From contig OZ024757.1 of assembly GCA_964016885.1 (NCBI GenBank), positions 22,940,001 through 23,004,000 on the forward strand: a stretch of 64,000 nucleotides of DNA, given 5' to 3'. Origin of the DNA: Eledone cirrhosa (lineage: Eukaryota). The notes under the pieces were generated by a model. It made no database searches. It worked only from the letters and a program-made list of their open reading frames with translations, and was not told where the DNA came from. A program made the translations under genes and the position numbers. Below, piece by piece: positions 54,201 through 64,000 of this stretch (position 1 is the stretch's first letter; each line of letters begins with the position of its first letter).

Positions 54201-55427
54201 GTGACAACAAAAGATTCAGGGAGCTACTATCTCTGGTGACAACAAAAGGTTGAGGGAGCTACTGTCTCTGGTGACAACTAAAGGTTCAGGGAGCTACTGT
54301 CTCTGGTGACAACTAAAGGTTCAGGGAGCTACTGTCTCTGGTGACAACAAAAGGTTCAGGGAGCTACTGTCTCTGGTGACAACAAAAGATTCAGGGAGCT
54401 ACTGTCTCTGGTGACAACAAAAGATTCAGGGAGCTACTGTCTCTGGTGACAACAAAAGGTTCAGGGAGCTACTGTCTCTGGTGACAACAAAAGATTCAGG
54501 GAGCTACTATCTCTGGTGACAACAAAAGGTTCAGGGAGCTACTGTCTCTGGTGACAACTAAAGGTTCAGGGAGCTACTGTCTCTGGTGACAACTAAAGGT
54601 TCAGGGAGCTACTGTCTCTGGTGACAACAAAAGGTTCAGGGAGCTACTGTCTCTGGTGACAACAAAAGATTCAGGGAGCTACTGTCTCTGGTGACAACAA
54701 AAGATTCAGGGAGCTACTGTGTCTGGTGACAACAAAAGGTTCAGGGAGCTACTGTCTCTGGTGACAACAAAAGATTCAGGGAGCTACTATCTCTGGTGAC
54801 AACAAAAGGTTCAGGGAGCTACTATCTCTGGTGACAACAAAAGGTTCAGGGAGCTACTATCTCTGGTGACAACAAAAGATTCAGGGAGCTACTATCTCTG
54901 GTGACAACAAAAGATTAAGGAAGCTACTATCTCCAGTGACAACAAAAGGTTTAGGGAGCTACTATCTCTGGTGACAACAAAAGGTTCAGGGAGCTACTGT
55001 CTGGTGACAACAAAAGATTCAGGGAGCTACTATCTCTGGTGACAACAAAAGATTCAGGGAGCTACTGTCTCTGGTGACAACAAAAGGTTCAGGGAGCTAC
55101 TGTCTCTGGTGACAACAAAAAGTTCAGGGAGCCACTATCTCTGGTGACAACAAAAGGTTTTTCCCGATGAATGAAAGGTTGGCTGTATAATATCTGTGAG
55201 CGTTGTGCAATGCTGCATGCCTGTGAGACAGGCAGTGAATACAGAGGATACGCAGAGTCTGGAAAGAAGGGACATGAGTATGCTTTGATGGATGTGCAAT
55301 GTTATGCATGAATGACAAAGAATGAATGAGTATAAGAGGAATCAGATGTTTTGTGCAGGAGAGAAGACTGTGCTGGTATGAACATGTGATGTGCATGGAT
55401 GACGATCATTGGGTGAAGAAATTGCTT
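42210..55427 (+). mobile_element. Dead RTE LINE fragment hosting the satellite
   Basis: The unit translates KRFRELLSLVTT and continues KGFSR*MKGWLYNICERCAMLHACET..LERRDMSML*WMCNV..RRLCWYEHVM. Confidence 0.85.
42278..55159 (+). repeat. 35-bp satellite array, 368 units (AAAAGGTTCAGGGAGCTACTRTCTCTGGTGACAAC)
   Basis: Period 35. The length equals 368x35 plus an 8-bp terminal repeat minus three 2-bp deletions. Confidence 0.97.
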
Positions 55428-55445
55428 CGTTCTGCTATAATGAAA

Positions 55446-56005
55446 ATAATAATAATTGTTTCTACTTTTGGCACAAGGCCAGCAATTATCCCAGGGTATT
55501 ACTGGTACTTTATTTTATCGACCCCCGTAAGGATGAAAGGCAAAATTAACCTCAGCGGGATTTGAATTCAGACCATAAAGGGCGGTAACTCTTTGCTGCA
55601 AAGCATGGTGTCCGACCCTCTACCGATACTGCCAACCCACTGCCCTATAATAATAATTGTTTCTACTTTAGGCACAAGGCCAGCAAATACCCAGTGCATT
55701 ACTGGTACTTTATTTTATCGACCCCGTAAGGATGAAAGGCAAAGTCAATCTCGGCGGGATTTGAACTCAGATCGTAAAGGCCCTATAATAATAATAATGC
55801 TTTGTTATATAGGCACAAGACCAGCAATTTTTTTGGCGGGAAGCCAATTAAATTGACCTCAGTGTGTTAGAGGTACTTTATTTTATCGACCCTCTAAGGA
55901 TGAAAGGTAAAGTTAACCTCGGTGGTATTTGAACTCAGAACATAAAAGGCCATAACTAAATACTGCAAAGCATTTTGTCTTACGCTTTACCCATTCTGCC
56001 AATCC
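55446..56005 (-). mobile_element. Cluster of SINE family B copies and an older relative
   Basis: Reverse-complement matches with (TAA)n tails. Confidence 0.85.
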
Positions 56006-57074
56006 AGCATCATTGTCATCATTTAAGGATTTTTTTCCTGCTAACAATCACTGAACTCATATATTTATATACTTAACAACAACTAAGATCAGGAATCAAA
56101 TAGAATCTTGAAGATATGAAAGATCCTAATGACGAAAGAGAGGGTAAAATTGATGTATTTAGCTGAGACTGTGGTAAAATTTTAAAAAAAGGATGCTTAA
56201 ATAAGTAGTTACATTTATAGGGAAAGAAGGAGAAAATATAAGAAAATAGAAACAGCAATACAATAAAAAAAGAAGCAATATGTATTTAATCATATTTTTC
56301 ATTCTAAGTTCCAAATTTGATAATGCTTTTGTCAATTTTATAAGGTGTTATATTTCTTTTGGTTGTTTGATATAAATGAAATGTTCGTTAGACTTTAAAT
56401 TAAAGAAAAACAACAAACAGAAAAAATAGAACAAAGACCAACTCATTAGCAAGGTGTTTCTGATGTCCCCCCACCCCCCCTCCTCCATCACACTTTTTAT
56501 TATTATTTTTTTATTTTTTTTATTTTACCAACTTGAAATTCCTTAAGGTATTTTTCTGAGTAGCTCCTTTACTTTCTAAACAACACTTGTACCAGAAGAC
56601 ACAGAAGAGAAAATACAGATAGTAAATGAATGAAATAAAATATTTAAAAAGTAATAAAATAAATAAATAAAAGCAGAATAAATAATAAAATAAAATAAAG
56701 ATTAAATTAAAAATAAAAAATAAAAAAAAAAAGTAAAGACAAAATAACTAAAATTAAAATAAAATATTTCACCTTATTAAAGGAATGAAAATAAAAGTGA
56801 AGAAAAGAGTTTCAAATTCAAACTAAAGTGGCAGAGCAGGTTGATAGAAATTTCAAAGAATTACAGTAGGAGAGAGACACCATGAACTAGTTTCTGGGAG
56901 GAAAGAAATAAGACTTTTTTTTTAGGAATCTGTTCAATTTAGTATTTATTCACATATTTATTTACTTATTTATATATTTATTTATTTATCTTTTTATATA
57001 TTTATTTACGTCTTCATTTTTAATATTTTTATTTTCTATGAACAATTCACTAAAAGAGTGTTTGTTATTAAGTA

Positions 57075-57232
57075 TATAACTTCTACCCCACCTCAATATA
57101 AATTCTACCTACCCTAGTATAACTTCTACCTACTCCCCAACCTCAATATAACTTCTACCCCACCCCAATATAACTTCTACCTACCCCACCCCAACATAAC
57201 TTCTACCCCACCCCAACCCCATCACTTCTACT
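57075..57232 (+). repeat. ATATAACTTCTACCCCACC degenerate minisatellite
   Basis: About 7 units. Confidence 0.8.
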
Positions 57233-58096
57233 GAAGATGACGAATTCAGAATACTTATTCAAAAGAATTTATTATTGTTTTATATTTTTTTTTTATTTTG
57301 ATTTCATTTTTTCATTCATAATTTTTTTCGGGTGGTGGGGGTGGGAGTTGTTAGGTGTTTTTTTTTTATTATTTGTATTTTTTATTTTTTATTTATGATT
57401 ATTTTTGAGGGGTTGGGTGAGGGGTTTCATTTGAAGGATTTTCTCCAACAATAGTTGAGTTAACAATAAAGATATATTAAAATCAATAAATAAAATAGAT
57501 CCTAACAAGATTTGATTTGCCAGAAAATATTTTCTGAACATGTATCTACTTCAGTTAAGTTGGGTAGATTGTAAAGTTTATGGAAATTACTGAGAGGTAG
57601 AGAGGGGGGGGCAGTAGAGAGAGAGAGGGGGTGAGAGGGGGGGACAGTAGAGAGAGGGGGGCAGTAGAGAGAGGGGTGAAAGAGAGGGGAGCAGTAGAGA
57701 GAGGGGGTGAGAGAAAGGGGGGTGAGAGAAAGGGGAGTGAGGGAGAGGGGGAAGAGAAAGAGAGAGACTATGTGGAAAATATTAAGTAGACATGTGAGAG
57801 AGAGAAAGCATATGTATGTGTGTGTATCTATGTTTTTGTATGACTATAACTGTGTCTGCATATGGGAATATGCGTGTGTGTGTGTGTGTATCTATGATTG
57901 TGTCTGTGCATAGGACTATATGTGTATGTGTTTGTCTATGATTATATGTGTGTGTGTATGACTTTGTGTATGTGTGTGTGTATGACTTTGTGTATGTGTG
58001 AGTCTTGGAAAATATTTGAAAGACTTGAAAGAAATCACTCCCCCAAAAATGTGCATAAATGCATTCATCAACGAATACATGAATTAATCGAAATAG

Positions 58097-58133
<37 letters not shown>

Positions 58134-58141
58134 TAATAATA

Positions 58142-58618
58142 ATGATTTCTTTATTGGCCACAAGGGCTGACATCAAGAAAAACATCACAGACGGAACAGG
58201 ACGGTACGATGTGGGTTTTGTGTGTGTAAATATTTTTATTATTTATATAAGAAAAGAAAAAAAAAAGACATAAAACATATTTTCTTTATTAACCACAAGG
58301 GTTTACACAAAGTGAGACATTAAGTACAGTATAGGACAGTACAGGACAATATAGGACGGTACAGATGGGCATTTCTTCATGTAAAAAAAACAAAAAAAAA
58401 CAGAGGATGTAACAAAGAAAGAACAATGAAAAATTCCCCAAAAGGGGGGAGACTTCCGAGGGCCATCGTGGAGAAAGCCCATTAAAAAAAGCCACGGTGA
58501 CCCTGACCACCAGGGCAAATGCCTTCTCCCAGTTTTCCACCTTCAATTTACAGGCATATACTCAGAGTAGGTCCATTCACTCAGGCCATTCTTGCCTCTC
58601 TCACCCATCTTTCAACAA
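58142..58618 (-). mobile_element. 3' UTR/ORF-end fragments of an L1/Tx1-like element in (TAA)n
   Basis: Two TTTCTTTATT..CCACAAGGG termini, like the terminus at 62497. Confidence 0.55.
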
Positions 58619-58659
<41 letters not shown>

Positions 58660-58660
<1 letters not shown>

Positions 58661-59262
58661 CACCTAGCCCAGACTCACTATAAAGGCTGGAGACATGATG
58701 TGATGGGCAGGGTGATCCACTGGCACCTATGCAAAGTAAACAATTTACTGCATTCTGAGAAGTGGTATGAGCATAATCCAGAGTCGGTGATAGAAAACGA
58801 TCAGGTGAAGGTGCTGTGGGATTTTAGAATACAGACGGATAAGAAACTGGAACACAATAGGCCTGATCTGGTGGTTTGGAGAAGGAAAAAAGATCGTACC
58901 TGATTGTAGATATAGCCTGCCCCTTTGACACGAGAGTGCAAGAAAAGGAGAGGGAGAAAAATTAACCGATACCAGGACTTAAAGTGGGAGTTAAAAAGGA
59001 TTTGGAACTGCCATGAAGTCAGAGTCATCCCAATTGTCATAGGCGCACTAGGTACTATCTCAAAGAGTTTCCAAGGATGGTTAAAGAAGATTAGTCCAGC
59101 CCCACTTTTTGGAACACTTCAAAAGGCATGCTTGCTGGGAACAGCAAGAACCCCCCGATACGACCTGAATATCTGAGGCTGCAGGTAGCGACTTGATATT
59201 CATTTCAACAAACTTTCCAGTTAAATAACATCAATGACTGAGACTCAAAGAACAATAATAAT
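58660..59262 (+). mobile_element. R4/Dong-like LINE 3' end (restriction-like endonuclease), flanked by (TAA)n
   Basis: RHDVMGRVIHWHLC..WDFRIQTDKKLEHNRPDLVV..KINRYQDL..IPIVIGALG..LQKACLLGTAR. Confidence 0.9.
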
Positions 59263-59624
59263 GATAACGATAATAATAATAATAATTGTTTCTACTTTTG
59301 GCACAAGGCCAGCAAATACCCAGTACATTACTGGTACTTTATTTTATCGACCCCTTAAGGATGGAAGGCAAAGTTAACCTCGGCGAGATAATAATAATGG
59401 TTTCTTATATAGGCACAAGGCCAGCAATTTTGGGGGAGGGGAAGTCGATTAAATTGACCTCAGTGCATTACTGGTGCATTATTTTATCAACCCAGTAAGG
59501 ATGAAAGGCAAAGCTAACCTCGGCAGGATTTGAACTCAGATCGTCAAGGGACGTAACTCTATGCTTCAAAGCATGGTGTCTGATTCTCTACCGATACTGC
59601 CAATACTAATAATAATAATAATAA

Positions 59625-61950
59625 TTTGATAGTTTGCCACACAGTTAGATTGAAAAGTGTTTATAGATATTCAAAATATCTTCCATTGTCAGGAGGTTCC
59701 TGTCATTCAGTATGAAAACATGGAAAACAACATTCATTTTGAACAGTGAAAAAAAAATCAGTGGAAACAGAAGTTAATATTAATTGATTAATTGTTGAAT
59801 TTTTCAGGGTGACTCTTTATCATTTTTTTTTTTTTTACGTCCACTTTTCCCTGGGACGGGAACTGATTCGGGCTTGATTTCTACAGCTGGATGCCCTTCC
59901 TAACACCAACCTCATTTACAGTAAGTGCTGGGTGCTTTTTTGCCGTGGCACCTACACGACCACTTTGCAGTGGAATGATAGGCACCCCAGTCCCTATCAT
60001 CTCCTTTCTACAGCTGAGTAAACTGGAGCAATGTGAAATAAAGTGTCTTGCTCAAGGAAACAACACATTACCCAGTCTGAGAATTGAACTCGCAACCTTT
60101 TCGATTGCAAGGCCAATGCTCTAACCACTAAGCCATGTGCCTCCATATCATCGCTTTTATTCTGCATCACACTTATACCATTAATTAAAATGCTCAATGA
60201 AACAAAACATGGATATCAAGTCTATGACAAAACCATTAATCACTTGTTCTACATGGATGACCTGAAACTATTTGCAAAAAATGATGAATAATTGCAAGGG
60301 CTATCATCCACCGTGGAGCAGTTCAGTGATGATATTAAAATGGAGTTTGGACTAAATAAATGCGCCAAAACCACGTTCACCAGAGGAAAGCTACTGAGCA
60401 GTTCAGACATAAATCTTGATCGGGGGAATGTGATAAGAGAACTTGATCAAGAAGAAACTTACAAATATCTAGGTGTTTGTGAAGGAGACGGAATCAAGCA
60501 CTCGGCAATGAGGGAAAGGATAAGGAAGGAATGTTACTGCAGAGTAAAAGCAATCTTAAGAACGGAGTTGAATGCAAGGAATAGGATCGATGCCATAAAC
60601 ACACTTGCCATACCAGTAGTAACCTACAATTTCAATGTCATCAACTGGTCAAGCACAGAGATCCGTAGGCTCGATACAAAAACTAGAAAATTCTTAACCA
60701 TGCACAGAATGCATCACCCTAAGGCAGATACAGATAGAATATATCTCCCTAGGAAAGAAGGAGAACGTGGATTAATCCAGTTAGATATTGCTTTGAAAAC
60801 TGCAACAATTAGATTATCTACATATCTAAGGGAGGCACATGATTGGATGATCAAACTCGTTTTGAAACACAAAAGCATCAAAAGATCATACTCCATTACA
60901 AAAGATGCACAAAGATACAGTAATAAACTACAAATTTCAGAAGTTCCCTTTACTGCTGAAATGAAAAACACAGAAAAAGCAAAGCAGGTAAAAGTAACTG
61001 CAAAGAAAGAACTGCTACAGAAACTGGCTAAGAAATGGCAAGAAAAGCCTCTGTATGGAAAATACCCAGAAAGAGCTACCAATCCTGATGTTGACAAAAC
61101 TTTAACCCATTAGTAGTTGGCGTCCTCTGGACTGAAATCGGATACTGAAGGACTGATTATATCAGCACAAGATCAGTGTCTGTCCACAAAAAATTATCAA
61201 ACCAACATCATAAAAAATGATTGCTACCCATTAAGCTGGGTATGTAAAAAACAACCAGAGACCATTGATCATATAATTTCACTGAGCAGTCCTATAGCTC
61301 CAACTGAATATCTAAACAGGCACGACAGAGCTGCAGAATACATACACTGGGTAATGTGTAAGCATTTTGACCTGCCCCATCAAAAGAATTGGTGGGAGCA
61401 TCAACCACCTCCTGTACTTGAAAAAGATCACATCTCAAACTTGTGGAACTTTAGCATCCAAACAGACCGAAAAATAGATGCAAATAGACCTGATATAATA
61501 CTGAAGGACTTTAAAAAGAGGGTATGCCTGCTAATTGACATGTCTGTTCATATAGACAAGAATGTATCTATAAAAACATTTGAAAAATTGAGCAAGTATA
61601 AAGACCTGGAGATAGAGATTGGAAAAATGTGGAAGTTGAGAGCTAAAACAATACCAGTGGTTGTAGGCGCTCTAGGAATGATACCTAAGGGGTCTAATGA
61701 TTACTTATCCCAAATTCCAGAAAACCCGTGTATAGAAGAAATACAAAAGATAATACTAATGGTGGGAACTGCCCATATACTAAGGAAGATTCTGTCAATA
61801 TAAGTACATCACAAGTCTAAACACCTAAAGATAAGATATATGTGTGTATGTGTTCTTTCTTGAACATGCCGGACCTTGTTGTCTCTTGAGGTCACTGGTT
61901 GTGACTTGGTCATAACTCGTATGAACATAAAGCAAGATAAATGAAAAAAT
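59625..61950 (+). mobile_element. R4/Dong-like LINE, 5'-truncated (RT, Zn knuckle, RLE), with stops and a SINE insertion
   Basis: FDSLPHS, FQGDSLS, HLFYMDDLKLFA, YKYLG, SAQDQ, RHD, NRPDII, EKLSKYKDL, PVVVGALG. Confidence 0.92.
59822..60145 (-). mobile_element. SINE family A copy inserted into the RT QGDSLS motif
   Basis: TATCAT duplicated on both sides; poly(A)-type tail. Confidence 0.88.
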
Positions 61951-61980
61951 AATAATGATGATGATGATGATGATGATGAT

Positions 61981-62165
61981 TGTAATCAGGATGGGATTGT
62001 TGCAGAAAACAACCTTACTAGGAAGAGCAAGCATTCTAAGGAGAGTGCTAGAAAGTTGAAGGAGAAAGAATGACCCAACGAACCTTTGGCCATTGGCTAT
62101 GGGGTCCCTCATTCGGTATAGTGTCGGCATAACATCAGCCAAAGCAAAGGCGTTATGAATGATAA
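61981..62165 (+). mobile_element. Short 3' end of another R4-like LINE
   Basis: IRMGLLQKTTLLGRASILRRVLES* followed by a UTR. Confidence 0.7.
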
Positions 62166-62171
62166 TATCAA

Positions 62172-62482
62172 TAATAATAATAATTGTTTCTACTTTTGGC
62201 ACAAGGCCAGCAATTACCCAGTGCATTACTGGTACTTTATTTTATTGTCCCCGTAAGGATGAAAGGGGTCGATAAAATAAAGTACCAATATCAATAATAA
62301 TTGTTTCTACTTTTGGCACAAGGCCAGCAATTATCCCAATGTCTTACTGGTACTTTATTTTATCGACCCGGTAAGGATGAAAGGCAAAGTTAACCTCGGC
62401 GGGATTTGAACTCAGTCCGTAAAGGAAGAAGGTCGGATGCCATGCTTTGTTGCAGCATGGAGTTATGCCCCTTTACGGTCTA
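62172..62482 (-). mobile_element. Rearranged SINE family B fragments with small inversions
   Basis: Junctions at about 62264 and 62430 switch strand. Confidence 0.75.
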
Positions 62483-62496
62483 AGTAATAATAATAA

Positions 62497-62988
62497 TGAT
62501 TTCTTTATAAACCACAAAGGGTTTACTAAAAATACATTAAGGACAACACAGGCCAGTAGAGGCCAGTACAAGTATGGGTTTCTTTGTGTAAAAAATATAT
62601 GAAAGGGAACAAAAACAAAAGATGTAACAAAAAATAGAAACAAAGGAAAAAAATCCTCTGCTTTTCCATTTGAAATGAAATTTGAAAAAGTTAATCAGGC
62701 CTTTGCCAAAGAGGTAAGTGCTCGTCTTCAGTCCTTTCAAACATGTCCACCACATGATCTCTTTCCCCAAGGCCACCAGGCAGATAAAAACTGCCTCCCC
62801 TTCCTGCCTGAAGGAAGGTGACAGGCAATCTTCATGATGGACTCAGCTGATAGCTGTATCTGTCCTACATGTGACAGCAGGTGTTCTACATAAACCCACT
62901 AGTCAGCAATGTTTGGACACTGGATGAGTGCATGCAGGATGGTTTTGTTGCCCTGCACGTAGCTCGGACAGGTCTGGCTGATGGCATG
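62497..62988 (-). mobile_element. L1/Tx1-like ORF2 C-terminal cysteine-rich fragment plus 3' UTR
   Basis: TCPS..KTILHALIQCP..W..; ends in ATAAAGAAATC(ATT)n. Confidence 0.65.
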
Positions 62989-63027
62989 ATAATAATATGG
63001 GTCATTTTATATACAAATAATAAATGA

Positions 63028-63198
63028 ATAATTGTTTCTACTTTTGGCACAAGGCCAGCAATTATCCCAGTGCATTACTGGTACTTTATTTTATTGACCC
63101 CGTAAGGATGAAAGGCAAAGTTAACCTCGGCGAGATTTGAACTTAGACCATAAAGGGGCTGCAAAGCATGGTGTCCGACTTTCTACTGATACTGCCAA
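63028..63198 (-). mobile_element. SINE family B copy
   Basis: Reverse-complement match. Confidence 0.85.
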
Positions 63199-63817
63199 TA
63201 ATAGAGAAAAACTGCATTAAAAATAACCTGATTTAGTAGTAATTATTCTTATTGTGAAGGTTAAGATGGGTGATGTAGGATCATATTGTCGTCGGTTCGA
63301 TTCCTGGACAGGCTGCTGCATTGTATTCTTGAGCAAAACACTTTATTTCCCATTGTTCAATTAGACTCAGCTGAGATAAGTGAGTACCAGCAGGAGTTGG
63401 GGAGTTAAACCTGTGATAGACTGGCATCCTATCCAGGAAGTGTCTTGTACTCTCAGTCACTTAAAACCAAAGAAACTGGAGATAAGCACCAACTTGGTGA
63501 GACTTCAGCTTAGAACAGGCTTTAACTAATCTAATAATAATTGATTCTACATTTAACACAAGGCCGGCAATTTGAAGGGAAGGGGAAAGTTGATTAAATT
63601 GATTCCAGTGTGTTATTGGTGTTATTGGTACTTTAGTATTTCTTCTTCTTCTTCTTTGCCTACTTATTTCTAGGAAGTTCATGGGAGCAAAGTTCTCAAC
63701 CACTCCTTCCAGCATGTCTTGTCAGAGACAACTGTCTCCAATTGATCTGGTTGGATCATTCCTCATCATCATCATCATTTAATGTCTATCTTCTACACTA
63801 GCACGTTTAGTATATAT

Positions 63818-64000
63818 CATCATCATCATCATCATCATTTTACGTCCGCTTTTTCCCTGCTTGCAAGGGTGGGACGGGAACTGATTCTGGCTTGATTTCT
63901 ACAGCTGGATGCCCTTCCTAACACCAACCTCATTTACAGTGAGTGCCGGGTGCTTTTTTGCCATGGGCACCTCCACGACCACTTTGCAGTGGAATGATAG
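63818..64000 (-). mobile_element. SINE family A, cut by the window end
   Basis: Matches 10118-10350. Confidence 0.9.

Noticed and set aside
42278-55159. 35-bp repeats as a CRISPR array
   Set aside because: The units are head-to-tail with no unique spacers, there are no cas genes, and the unit derives from a LINE ORF.
60292-61803. Functional protein-coding genes
   Set aside because: These are pieces of one R4-like LINE ORF, with in-frame stops, 5' truncation and a SINE inside the RT.

Overview
This is AT-rich, repeat-saturated animal DNA. Its SINE/LINE families look cephalopod (probably Octopus), but that is inference. I found no intact host gene. Nearly all predicted ORFs are microsatellite artefacts or fragments of dead retrotransposons (RTE, CRE-like, R4/Dong-like, L1/Tx1-like), alongside several tRNA-derived SINE families, a hAT MITE and a Helitron-type 3' end. 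Main finding: a set of short non-coding elements in or next to (TA)n tracts that carry type I hammerhead ribozyme folds (stem I-CUGAUGA-stem II-GAAA-stem III-UH-stem I), most arranged as long inverted repeats or perfect palindromes. They lie at about 2.5-2.9, 9.2-9.5, 10.0-10.6, 10.7-11.1, 11.5-12.1, 18.5 and 39.2-39.4 kb and resemble Penelope-like pLTR or retrozyme-like elements. Second finding: a 12.9-kb satellite of 368 x 35 bp that arose inside an RTE LINE ORF, which resumes in register after the array. Other findings include a SINE/RTE partner pair with identical 3' tails, a chimeric RTE with a SINE-like 3' end, and an RTE copy with twin-priming-type 5' inversion.
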